64,000 bases of DNA from Vicugna vicugna (taxonomy: Eukaryota), in contig MU058584.1 of NCBI GenBank assembly GCA_013265495.1, positions 7,282,407-7,346,406 on the forward strand, given 5' to 3'. Made by a program: the position numbers and the translations under genes. How positions within the stretch are numbered: the first letter of the stretch is position 1; each line of letters starts with the position of its first letter. Below the pieces are notes generated by a model. That model was not told the DNA's origin. It did not search any database and was given only the letters and a program-made list of their open reading frames with translations. Of the stretch, positions 40,558 through 53,182 are shown piece after piece.

Positions 40558-40908
40558 CTGGGAATTTTTTAAAAGTAATTTAACATCCATCTAATATCTG
40601 CATGCATATGTATAATGTATGTATATCAGTGTCTGTATTTATGGCCATATCTGTATTTAGATCTAATATGCTGTTTTTGTCACTCTCTTTAACACCATGA
40701 CGATTTGATGGGCAAATGAGCTTTTTCACTTTAAATTCTTAGTAACTGGTGATGTTGATTTTTTGTGTGTGTTTATTTGGTGTTTCTTTTTCTTTTTATT
40801 TTTTGTGAATTGGCTACTTTTATCTTTCCTTATTTCTTTTTGACAATTTTACTACTTTTTCTAACAATTTCTTCAAATGCTTAAGATTGAAGCACTCATA
40901 AAGATCAT

Positions 40909-41376
40909 GCCTCATAATGTGCAAAAACCAAGGTCGTGGAAGTTTACCCTTATGCTTTCTTCTAGGGATTTTACAGTTTTGTCCTTACGTTTAGGTGTTT
41001 GATGCATTTTAAGTTAATTTTTATAATTTTATATGTTACATATATATAATTTTATATATGTCCTTTCTGCATGTGGACATCCAGTTGTCTCAGCACCATT
41101 TGTTGAAAATACTATTCTTTCTCCATTGTATGTTTTTGGCACTCTTGTTGAAAATCATTTGGCCATGGATATATGGGTTTATTTCTGAACTCCCAGTTCT
41201 ATTCAGTTGATCTATATGTCTGTATTTGTGCCTGTACCATACTGTCTTAGTTACCCTTGCATTGTGCTAACTTTTGTAAATGGTAAGTACGCATTTTTCT
41301 ACTTTGTTCTTTTTCAAAGTTGTTTTGGCTATCCTGATTCCTGTGAAATTCTATGTGAGTTTGAGAATCACATTGT
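40909..41376 (-). mobile_element. LINE-1 ORF2 fragment (post-RT region), antisense
   Basis: Minus strand reads a decayed (D)KLILKFIW...RIAKTTLKKNKV-type ORF2 segment and continues with typical antisense L1 motifs (ccagttgtctcagcaccatttgttgaaaa). Confidence 0.85.
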
Positions 41377-42305
41377 TTTATACCAGGAATGCAAGATTAA
41401 TGTCTGAAAATCAAGTAATGTAGTGTATCATATCCATAGAATGAAAACAAAAATCACAGGATCATCTCAATAGACTTAGAAAAAAGTGTCTAGTAAAATC
41501 TCATACCCCATTATGAAACAATTTCCTCAACTTGAGAATGGACATATATGAAAACCTCACAGCTAACATCGTACTCAGTCGTGGAAGACTGAATGTTTTC
41601 CCTGTAAGATTGGAGACAAGATAAGGATGTTCACTCTTGCCACTTCTATTCAATGCTGTACTAGAGGTTCTAGCCAGGGCAATTGGGCAAGAGAAAAAAA
41701 AAAATAGAGGACATCCATATTGGAGAGTATAGAGTAAAATTATCTCTATTTGCAGATGATATGAGCAAGTAGGTAGACATTCCTAAGGAATTCACTAAAA
41801 AACTATTTGAGCTAATAAATGAGTACAGGTTGCAGGGTAAAAGATAAAGACATAAAAATCAGTTGGATTTCTGTCCACTTGCAGTGTACAATCAAAAAAT
41901 TCAAACAATTTAATTTACAGTAGCATCAAAAAGAATACACTACTTAGGGGCTGCTCTCTCTCTTGCCTTTTGAGAAGGCCCGCACTCTGTGGAGTATGTA
42001 TCTGCCTTTACTTTAACCACTCAACCCCCATGTACATCTCTAAATAAATCTACTTTTACTTAAAAAAAAAAAATCTACTTTTACTAAAGAATAAATTCAA
42101 CAAAAGAAGTACAAAACTAATACTCTGAAAACTAGAAAACATTATAGAAAGAAATTAAAGAATAGCTAAATAATTGGAAAAACATCCCATATTCACTGAT
42201 TGGAAGACTTAATGTTAAGATGGCAATACTTCTCTATACTTAAAGTGGATCGACAGATTCAATGCAATCCCCATCACAATCCAGTTGGCTTTTTTAGTAG
42301 AAACT
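41377..42305 (+). mobile_element. LINE-1 ORF2 reverse-transcriptase fragment, sense, with an internal insert
   Basis: Decayed FIPGMQ...YEKPTANI...LEVLARAI...LSLFADDM (FADDM at 41749-41763)...RFNAIPI. Confidence 0.9.
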
Positions 42306-42435
42306 ATAGATGTTTTTAACCATTTCTTAACATTAAAAAAAAAATCTGAGTTTAATCCAAAGGAATGGACTCAAATGCTCTTATTTGGAAAAAGTAAATT
42401 GCTTACAAATCTACAATGCACCAGCTGCTAGTCTA

Positions 42436-42471
42436 AGATATAGGAGTGACTCTGGAGATATAGGAGTGACT
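42436..42471. repeat. 16-bp direct repeat, period 20
   Basis: agatataggagtgact at 42436-42451 and 42456-42471. Confidence 0.85.
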
Positions 42472-43889
42472 AGGATAAAGTCTATCCCCTTCTGGTGATT
42501 TATATTCTGGTTATGTAATTTTTAATGTATAGAAGTTTTATTCTTCATGGTTGTAAAATTGATACATTTATGTTTAACAAAAAGTAAATGTTTAGCATAT
42601 TTTTTTCTTTTCATACTTAAAAAAAATTTTTTTAACATTTAGTTCTGAAATTGATTTTCACTTATGCTGAAATATTTTTTCCTAAAAAATCTCCTTTAAC
42701 TTATATTCTTACTGCCATCTATTTCTGAATATCTTTTCTGTTTTATCATGCCAGTACTACAGTGTGTAATTTTTAACGGTTTATAATTTGCTTTAATGTC
42801 TATCAGGGCTATAGTCCTCCTCCAATTATTTATTTTTATTTAGGGGTTCTTTTCTGTTTGTGACAAAGTTCAGAATAATTTCGTAAAGACAAAACTATAG
42901 CCACTAGGGTTATTTTAACTTCAGTTGATTCATTAGGGAATAATCAGTATCTTTAAAATATTCATTTTTTTCCCAACCCAGGGACTGGCTATATTTTTTA
43001 TTTGCTCAAATCTGTATTTTTTTTTTAGAAAAATTCTTGATGGTCTTTATACAGTGTCCATGCATTTCTAGTTAGGATGTTCATATTTGTTTTTTTTTTT
43101 TTTATTCTTGTGGTTTGAATGTGGTTTTTTTTCCATTATATTTTCTAACTTGTAATTGCAGATCTATTTTTAATTTTAATTTTTAAATTAACCATCTTAC
43201 TCTGCATTTGACAGATTGAAATATTTTAATGGATTCTCTTGGGTATTTTAGTTAAATAGTAATTTCATTTGCATTTCTTAATTTATTCAACAAATACTTA
43301 CCATGCAAATACTGAGATGGCTGAGAAAAGAGATGTATTGACGAGAATATTAATAAGCACCATTGCAGTGGGGGTTTTTTGCTGGGTATTGCCATGGGAA
43401 AGATATTCTTACATGTTGAGCTCCTTTGAGAAGGTACATCACATGCTTTCTTCTTTATACCCTTTTGTCAAGTCTTCCGATCTTGTCCTTTCTAAGCCCC
43501 TGGCATTTCTTTTATTACTTCCCATTAATCAGTGAGGCTCATAACTCATGTCCCTCCTCTCTCTTCATGTGAAGTAATCTAAAAATTCTTTCCTCAGGAA
43601 AACTTACTGTCCTCACAATCCTTCAGGAACCTCAAAATGGGGCTTTTGCATTGCAGCACCTGTTCTAGCTGATGCCAGCTGAGAGCTGCCCTCCCCCCAG
43701 CACTTTTGTTTTACCCTAAAGGCCACTGTTCATAGGAAAGTCTGGGGTATGAATACAGGCTTGGGGTGATGCAAGACTAACAAAATGGCAAAAAGAAACA
43801 AGAGGGGGATACATTGTCACTGCTCATGTAGTTTAAGGGTGCTTTCAGATCCTGACTGGGATAAGTTCCACAAATACCACTCTTGGTAG

Positions 43890-44250
43890 ATTCATTCATT
43901 CAACCAATGTTTATTGAGTGATTCCTGTGTACCAGGCAAATATCCCTGTCATCATGGAGCTTATATTCTTGTGGAGAAACCAACAATAAGCAAAAAAAAA
44001 AAAAAAAAAAAAAAAATAAAAAGAATGTTAGGTGATGAAGAAAGTGAGCAATCAAGCCATGACGTTATTTGTGTAGGCATAGGGAAGTTAGAAAATTCTA
44101 AGATGGGAGCTGCTTATGTGTTTGAAGTTTAGGAGGCCAGTAGGTCTGGAGGTGGAGTGAGTTTGGAGGGGCAGTAGAAGTTGGGGTAAGGAGAGACAGC
44201 ATTGCTGACACAAGAATAAAGCTGACTGGTAGGGCCTTGTGGGCCAGGGA
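43890..44250 (-). mobile_element. LINE-2 3' relic containing an A25 run (43992-44016)
   Basis: attcattcattcaaccaatgtttattgag...tgtaccaggc...ccctgtcatcatggagcttatattct. Confidence 0.7.
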
Positions 44251-44766
44251 CCTCGAAAGGGAACATGATAGGAGGATTAGAGCTTTAAAGTGGGTGCCGT
44301 TGACTGTAAGAGAAGGAAATGATAGAGTGATTCAGGGATTGGGGAATGGGTTAATACTTCCTTCATTCATGAGGAGGGCAGAGGGACGTGTCTTCTGTTG
44401 CACCCAAGTGGAAAGAGGAGAATGTGGGGGAAACTGTAGGTAAATCTGTAATTGTAATGAATTCCTCGTTTGATGACTTTATTTTCTCTAGGAGAAGTAG
44501 GAGACAAAGTATAATGATTATTTTATCTTTTTATTTCCATTAGCATGTCTCTCCTTTCTCTTTAATGCCCTATTACATTGGCCAGGACTTCCAGGAACCA
44601 TGTTGTGTTCCTAGTGTGATGAAAATGCTGCTTGTGTTAAGTTATGCATATATTACTTACTGTTTGCTTTTCTTGGTAAGGAACTATTTTATTCCTAATT
44701 TTTGAAAGATTTAAAAAAATCAAATAATTAGGTATATAACTTTATTGAGTGCCATTTTGGCATTTA

Positions 44767-44935
44767 TTTATTTAAAATTATTTATTTTTTAAATTAAAAA
44801 TTTTTATTTTGGGGATGGGGGATGTAATTAAGTTTATTTATTTATTTCTTAATGGAGGTTCATGGGGATTGAACCCAGGACCTTGTGCGTGCTAAGCACA
44901 GTGCTCTACCACTGAGCTTTACCCTTTCCCCACTC
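44767..44935 (-). mobile_element. Camelid-type tRNA-Ala-derived SINE inserted in an old L1 relic
   Basis: Minus strand gggtaaagctcagtggtagagcactgtgcttagcacgcacaaggtcctgggttcaatcccc. Perfect 12-bp TSD ttttggcattta at 44755-44766 / 44936-44947. Confidence 0.92.
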
Positions 44936-46353
44936 TTTTGGCATTTACTGAGATGATCTTTTAAAGAACTCATATGTTCATCCTTACATTTACAGATTTC
45001 TTATTTAAGCATCCTTACATTCCTAAGATATACTTGATTATAGTAACTTATTAACTGTTTTGTAAATCAATTCCCCTGATTTATTTAGGTTATTTACATT
45101 CCTTTCTCTGTCTGCACATGTATTGTTGTAGAGTTATCAAATGAAAGCTATGTAAGTCGGCACAAAATGGAGTGACTCTGTCTCTATTTTTTGACTTTCT
45201 TCTACTAGCTTTTGGCACTCTTAAAAACCCAGTGATGCATTTTGGTTTCTGTTTTCAATTAAGAAGGTCTGCTAGCCTGACTTTTTACAAGGGGTTGTGC
45301 CTTTGCCTCAGGGGTTCAGAGACTGCAGCTGTGGGCAGTATGAGCCTGGGCAGGGAGACTTGAGGCTGTGGTTGTGCTGGGTCCAGGGTCAGGCATGGGT
45401 GTCATGCAGGTAGGGAGTATGCAAAACCATGTGGATACTTAGTGTTCTCAAGGAGAGATGTTCCTGCCATAACTCTAGAAACTCTTATAAAAGGATTGCT
45501 AGCCCAAGATAGTGACCATGGAGAAAGCTATGATAATAAGTTGTTGTCATGTTTTGAGCATTAGTTACGTATCAGCACTGTGCACTTTGAAGATATTTTT
45601 GTTTAATCTTTACAAGAACCTTCTGAGATAAGTATCATTCCCATTTTAGAAAAAGAGCCCCAGCAAGGTTAAGCTATTTGTCCAAGGCTACACTGTTGGT
45701 AGGAATGGGGATTGTTACTGGTATCTTCCTGACACTGTTAATGTTTCATTTTTAAAATAAGAAACTCAAAACTGCTTCATTTATATTTGCAGGACACACT
45801 TTATATTTTTATAGGGCATTTTTAATGTATAGGAGCATAAATATGTGAATGATATATATAGAAATTGTTTGGTTAATTCATAATTATTATCTAATTTCCA
45901 GCATAACATCCATTCAGTAATAGTTAACTGTTTGTCTCCATCTGCTCCTGTTATTAGTCGCTAAATGAAGCCAAAACTTAATTATAGATGTTATGCCTTA
46001 TTCTATGTAATTTGTTTTAGGACATTCAGAATTTAGCACAGAGGGCATTCCAAGAAATCACAGTGTTGTGAAAAAGGTGAGAAAAATCACCTCTTTTAAC
46101 ATTTTTAAGTGATAAGGTCATGGTAGTTTGGTTTTGGAGAGAGGTATTTCTGAAGATATGGCTTGGGAGGACAGGAGCTGGACCAAGCAGCAGGAAGGTG
46201 TGCAGTGAGGACTGCAGTGTGAAGAGCACGGAAGTAGGGAGAAGGCCTTCATGAGACAAGAAGCCTGTATTTAGTGCCTTTGGGCTTCCTCCAGTGCCAC
46301 GCTGACACCAGGTCCCAAGATCAGGCTGCCCTCCTGTCTTCCCATCTCTATAA

Positions 46354-46491
46354 TCAGCGACATTGTGGTAGCTTGAGGCTGGTCATGGTGGGGGTATTTA
46401 CAGTACAGAAATTGGCAAATGCTACAAATCAGGACTTTTCCACCAGGAAAACAGGGTGCCAGCTGTTAAACATTTAACAGCACACCACTGG
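46354..46491. mobile_element. MER63-like hAT fragment
   Basis: ggtagcttga...gtatttaca..acagaaattggcaaatgctacaaatcagg...tgttaaacatttaacagcacaccactg matches the recalled MER63 terminus. Confidence 0.7.
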
Positions 46492-47894
46492 TTTCCTTCT
46501 TTTTAGTGCCTGATCTGTTTACTAGGTAAATGACATGTCAGACTGAGAAAGCAGGTGTGTCTGAGTGTAATATTTTGATGAACTACTGAGAATACTGAAT
46601 ACTTTAAGAAGTGATGCATTTGGAATTTGTTATGCCCCTTGAAGGAGAAGTGTTTTTTTTAAGACATCAGAATCCAAATCATTCTCTACATTAAACGTTA
46701 CTGTTAAGGATTGACGTAAGTAAAGCCTGTAGGTCATGGTTAAGGACAAGTAGTTTTGTCTCCTGGAGAACTTTGCTGTTAAAATATTCCTCTGAATGCT
46801 ATAATATTCCCTCATTCTATTTTATTTTAATGACTTAATGTAAGAAAGGAAGACATTAAAAGTCAGAAATTACAAAATGTGTACTTTAAAGGTAATTGTT
46901 CAAATTACTGAAGTAATCTTTCTTTTGTGAAGGATTTCCTTGCTGCTTCCGCTTTTCATTTGTGTCAAATATTAACTAATCAAAATTTGACTTACCACCT
47001 TTATATCGCATCTGCTGCACAATATAACATGTGTCCATGTTTTAAAAACTGCCTTAGACTGGCAATTTATTAGAGAATTATTACTATGTAGTATCTTGGG
47101 TCCTTGATTAGAACTGCTGTACAGATCCATTTTAATAAGGATGCTCAGTAGCAGAAATCAGAAAATTTGTTTCTGAGGGACCAGATAAATGATAGGATGA
47201 GGTGGAGACACACAAAGTTCAGGCAGCAGGTCTGAGAAGCAGCAGGAAGGCTTGTGAAGGAGGCAGACCCCTGAGTTCTGAGTGATGGGCTGAACACTGA
47301 AGTCCATCGTCAGGTCAGCAAGGAGAGAAAGCTCTGTGAGTCCCAGTGGAACTGAGCCAAAGAGCATTTGAGGAGATTGCTTCCTGCTCCAATAGCCAGG
47401 GAATAATTAATTTTAGAGAAAAACATCCACTTTTTGCAGGTGAGATATTTGAAAGAAATCTGTACATTAGTTAGATTTTAAACCCTGTTTTATGTACAGT
47501 GACCAGGACTTATTTTCTGGTTTCAAAATTTGACTGACACATACTTAGTGGAAACATTCAGGTACTGTTTTGAATAATGACATCACACATATTTCAAAAC
47601 CACCTACCTTAATTTTTACATTTAAATATCTGAATTTAATTAAAATTGGTATTTTAGAATAAGATAGTCTGTTTTTGCAGAGGATAAAATGTTAATTATT
47701 TTTGCTGTAAAAAATTAATCTCATAGGTGAAAACAAATGTGATTCTGAAAACATTCTTTCTTAACTACAGCTTTGACCTTGTTCTGCTCCAGTGCTGGTT
47801 CCCTGTTGCTTTCCATATAAGGTACAAGTTACCACATCAAGCACAGATTCATAGTTTAAAGTTCCTTGAGTATAGTTATTCTTACATTTTAATG

Positions 47895-48040
47895 TGCATG
47901 AAATACCCTGTGAATTCCTGGGTATCCCCCTCAGAGATTTTGATTCAGTAGGTCTGGGGTGGGCCACCAGGTTCTGCATCTTAAAGAACTATTACCCAGT
48001 GCTTCTAAAGCTGTTGGTCTTTGAATCACACTTTGAGACA
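47895..48040. mobile_element. MER5A-like hAT MITE
   Basis: cagagattttgattcagtaggtctggggtgggcc...tctgcat...cacactttgaga. Confidence 0.65.
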
Positions 48041-51000
48041 CAACTTAACAGTTTTATCTAATTATTTTACTATTGTTATCTTTTCTTTTTCTAGATAACC
48101 TCCCCCTCTTCCCTTCAATAGGATCTTTTTGTTGAGGAGTCACCTGTTCTTTAAATAGTTGCCTAAATGCATGATCGTGGAGTCTTTGTACAGGTCTAAT
48201 CATTGTGCGTTGAATGTGGCAGGCACTCATTTAATGCTGAACTCAATTCTCTTCCTGCTACCTGGGCATCTGTCTAGCTTAGACACCAGCACACTTGGCC
48301 CTGGTATTTAAAGAGTCTGAGGATCTTCACAGACTGTGAGAGGTTGAAGTTCTAATAATGCCAGGTTTTCTTATATAACCGACCTACCTTCCAGGTGTAA
48401 GTGTAGAAATGTGTGAGTCATCCAGGTGGCATCTCTGTAACAGTAAGTGTATATCCACTCATCCCTTGGAGCTGGGGTGGTCCTCCTGGACTTATTATAA
48501 ACTTAAGAATTCCCATTGGCCCAGTGGCATGTCACATAGTTATCAAGTACATAATCTTAACTTTGGAAAATGTCAAAAATAAATTAGAAATATTTGGTGG
48601 AGGAGGTGGACAATGAGGGGATGTTAGGTTTCCCAAGAAATTTGAGGATCACCAGCATAGAAGGGATCAACGGATTGATCTGCCTTTCTGGAGGATGCTC
48701 TGGGTTATTTATTATTCCATGAATACTGGACACAAATATAATACATGAACTTCCAAAAGTCCTAGGAGGAGCAGCATTCTTACTAAATGGATAGGGATGG
48801 AGAGGCTATAAACATGTATTAAGGTAGGACTGTGTTGAAATATTCCATTTATTACCTATTTCATAGAGAGGCCAAATGGTTCTCTTTCAGGATTTTTAAT
48901 AAACCCTTGTTTTGTGGGTGGGGGCGGGAAAGGTAGGTAGTGCTGTTTGGGACTTTCATCCAGACCTACTTTAAACCTAGTTTTGATTGTTTTTTTTCAG
49001 GTCACTGTTCTTTATAATATTTGAGTAACTCAAGAAATTAAACTTGTCTTTATGTGTAGTTATTGAAATCCTACTGTGAATAACTGGTTATACTCATTTC
49101 TTGTTTTCTTTTTTCATTTCTCTTTCTTTGCTGGCAACACCCTGAAACTTCTTTTTTTTTTTAAACCGGTTTTTCTCTTGTTACCCTTTTTTCTCAGTTT
49201 AAATATTGGCTCCACGTTTATTAATAGATTTGGGATTTCTAGTAGCTCAGTTATGTACCTTTCAGTACAAAGTCAAGAGCAGTTTTCACTCAACTCTCAA
49301 AATTTAGAGAAAAGTTGAAGAGCTATTCTAAGCAAACCTGACCCCAAATTTATTTCTTCATGGTTTGATGACTGCCTTTCAACAATGCATATATTTCCAT
49401 TTAGGAAGAAAATGACTCAGTAAAAGGTATTCTCTACTTCTCCCCAAAGAAAATGAAGAATAATACATTTCAATTGAATTAGCACCCTTGATTGTGAGGT
49501 TAAGGTGACTTCTGAGTTGACAATAATTTGTCGTTTCTTTAGGTCTGTTCTATTTTAGGGAGAAGATATTGAAGCTTGTATCTACCTTGAATTTCCAAAC
49601 AAAAAATTGTGGTTTCTAATCTTAACCCCTTCTGGTCCATCTGATACTTACTCCAGACTTATGTCTGCTTTAAGTGGTTAGATGAAAGCGAGGTGTCAAG
49701 TCCCTTAATTTGGGGTTTTTTCTTTTTTCTATTCCCCTCCCAGCTCCCTTTTTTAAAAATGTATTTTCTTTAAATAATATTGAAGAGGGCTAAAAGATAA
49801 GCTGTAGAGTTGCTAACATCTGTTCAAATCTGAGAGGAGGAGGTACGATTTTTCAATAGTAAGAAAATGAATAGAACTGTTTTACATCATGCCCATGGCG
49901 ATAGCCAACTAATAGTGATTATTTAACTACCCCTTCCCCGTTTAATTGTTTCCCCTTGGGCTTCTAACAACAGGAATCATAGATCACAGATGCCCCCTGT
50001 ATTAGCATTTGTTAGATGAGTCAGGTAGTTTGGAAAGCATTTTCTCTGCCTTCTCCTCCTCTGTTTTATCCTTCCTACTGTCACTGCCTGCATCTTCCTC
50101 TCCGTGTAGCGCTGATGTCAGTAGTCACTTGACCAGCAGGGCAGGATGGGTCATCTCATCTACTGTTGAATGGTGTGGTCTTCAAGTTTAAGAAAATGGT
50201 TGTTCTGTTGTCTGAGCAGTATAGGAACGGATCATAGTTGAGCTGCTCTGCTGGTTTGTAAGATGGTTTTATATTAACTGAAGGTGTTCATTTTGCAAAA
50301 TGAACTAAATTCACAGTAAGTACTTTTCAATTGTTAGTTTAATCTTAACAATCTCTTGCAAGCCTGGTGGAATTTCTGAATGTTTTCCCAAAATATACTT
50401 GTTTTTTATCTTTGTGGTTTTGCATTCATTTATTCATCTGCTCATTCAGCAGATTTTAATACCCACAGTGTGCCATGTAACAGAGAAGTTGCCAGTTTGT
50501 GTCCTGCACACCATGTTTCTTCAGTTGTTTTCCTGTTATTCTCATCTTGACTAATATTTAAAGAGAGCTGATATTTTTAACCTCAGCATAAGTAATGCAC
50601 TGGATGGAATTCTCTCACTTAACTTTAGTTTTTCATTGTTCCATTATGTAGGGATTTGGGGTTATGCAATATTTTACAAGTATTATGAAAAGTAGGACTG
50701 AAGCACGTATCTTTGTAAAGTGTGTTGAAAGCAATTTGAGGGTTGAAAGCAAAGGCATGCCAACTGTGATTGCTGTTTTAAATATCTATGTGCCCTTGTT
50801 ACTCTCATTCCTCATCAAAATCCTGTTTCTTGACATGTGTATGATGTATCTGACTCTTCAACATTGTATTTTAGCATTTCATTTTGCTACATACATGTCT
50901 ACTAAGGTCCATATTAGACTTTATGTAAGCTTTTCATTGACCAGGTATTAGTGCAGGATTCAGAATAAACAGAAACGTACTTAAATATAATGCAAGGTTA

Positions 51001-52875
51001 TTTTGATTCACAAGATGGAATCTTGAGAAGTTGTCTCAATTGTTGCTGGCCTTGCTAAATAAATTATTTGTATCTATGCTAAATTGTTAACATTGGGTGT
51101 TCATAAAAGTAAATACATAAAGAACACTTTTGAAACAAATGTTTACTGAGCATGTTTCTCTATTCATGTGAAAGCTATTTCTTCAGGTTATTAGGGGTGT
51201 ACTAACATATATATAAGACACAGTCTCTGCACTTATGGGATTGTACTGTTGTGTCGGCTTGTTGAGAATAAGCCACACTTAGAAAGAAGGTCAACATACT
51301 GCAGCTACCAAATGAGCGAGAACGTTGGAAGTGAATGTTTAGAGGTTGGGTCTGGGGAGCGTTCCTCATGGGAAAAAGCAGCCATCCCCTTCCCTGTACT
51401 GCCCCAGCCTCACGTTTAGACTTCTGCTGTGGAGTTCATCTTGGTGTATCGTTAACTGGGATATCTATGTCCACCGCACTAGGATGTCTGCTCCTCAAGG
51501 GTGGGGACCAAAAGGTAAAGCTTCCTCGTTGTCCTCATCTATAGTAGCCACACTTGAAGTATTCTTTGTTTTATTCCCGTACTAATCAGGAAGGAAATTT
51601 ATTTTATCGATTTTTTCTTTCATGAACCCACATACTTTTCCTATTTCTGGTTCAGTGCTGTCTTTTTCTAATTATCCCCAACAGCAGTGACTTTGTACAT
51701 TTACATAATAAAACCGAGTATCTTGTAGTTAAAGAAAAGCAGACCGAAGTGAATACATTATAATCCTACACATTTTTGCGTAAGAGGAATTGATAATTGG
51801 GAATGATTACTACAGTTTGTATTTTGCTTTTTTTGTTTTTATTTTTATTGGGGTTGATCTCTTGGTCTTTTTGTTACACATATATTTGGATTTTTTTGTT
51901 CATTTATTTGAGTTGAGGATGGGTAGGTAAAGGACTTACAAGAGAAATACAGAGTAGATTTAGCACAGGTGGCTTGAGTATTTAGTGAGTCAGCTGTTGG
52001 GAGAAGATATCTCATGTGCTGGTCCAGAATGTTTTCAAATGCTGCTTGCTTGATATTGTTTTGTTTTAAATGGAATAAGGCATCTGACAGTATTTTTCTG
52101 CTTGGAGCCTGGACCTCAAATGTGCGGTCCAAGTTACTCTTCCCGAAAGTATTGGCATCAAGTTTAGCCTCTTCCCAAGGAACCATGAGTCCTAGTAGCT
52201 CAAGTAAAAATAGTACAGATATATAGCAAACTTTTATATAAAGTAATAAGCAAAATGCAAAACTAAAACATTTATTTAAATAACACAACTTTAAGGAAAT
52301 AAAATAACAGATGGTACCAGTGAGGGGAAATAATACATAAACATTAGATTAATTGAAAATGTCATTCATTCCACAAATACTTAATGAGAACTTCTCTGCA
52401 CTAGACATGTAGTGAACAAAGTGGGCTACCCTGACCTTATGGGGCAAGACACATAATAAACAAAACTAAATAGGTAAATTACGTAGGATCGTAGATAGTG
52501 TTAAATGTTATGGAGTAAAAAAAAAAAATCTCAGGGTAAGGGGATTGGGATCACCAAATTGCAATTTCATAGTTTTTGCATGTAACAAAGTCTTTGAGGA
52601 GCTGAGGGGTGAACCATGTGGCTGTCTTAAGGAAGAGTGTTCCAGGCAGAAGCGAGAGACAGTGCGAAGCCCCAAGGTGGTCATGTGCCTGGCTTACTGT
52701 GGCCTATATCAGAGGACATTCTTGTTTTCATTCATAATGATTAAGGGTTAGAGGTTGATTGGTTGACTTCCCATCCTGGCTAACAGGTTATAATCATTGG
52801 TTCCATAAATGTATTACTGAGTTTTCAAAGAATAAAAACTCAGTGAAGTATATTTAAAGAAAAAGTTACTTAATA

Positions 52876-53182
52876 CAGGGATCGGCAAATTTTTACTGTA
52901 AAGACCCAGGTGTTTTAGTCTTTGTGAGGCATATGGTCTCGGTCTCAACTGCTCAACTCTCCTGTTTCATCCTGAAAGCAGCCATAGACAGTAGGTAAAT
53001 AAATGGGTGTGGCTGTGTTCCACTAAACTTGATTTATAGACTCTGATATTCAAATTTCATAGAATCTTCTTTGATTTCCTTTTAGCCATTTAAAAAATAA
53101 AAACTATTCTTAGTTTAGGGGCTATATAAAAACTGTTGTCAAGATTTAATTAGGTTATAAGACCATAGTTTGCCAACCCTTG
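52876..53182 (+). mobile_element. MER58B-like hAT-Charlie MITE
   Basis: Terminal inverted repeats cagggatcggcaaa / tttgccaacccttg; internal aaagcagccatagaca...aaatgggtgtggctgtgttcc. Degenerate 8-bp TSD acttaata / atttaaaa. Confidence 0.85.

Noticed and set aside
45127..45540. Possible additional LTRs (also 22554-22778 and 31830-32400)
   Set aside because: LTR-like motifs (caaaatggagt, tataaaa) are present, but I could not define termini, TSDs or a family.
51845..52288. Longest ORF in the track (147 aa) and other ORFs over 100 aa (7392-7772, 17175-17585, 23318-23689, 34745-35101, 54503-54853)
   Set aside because: No recognisable domains; many use non-ATG starts or overlap L2/L1 relics; consistent with chance ORFs.
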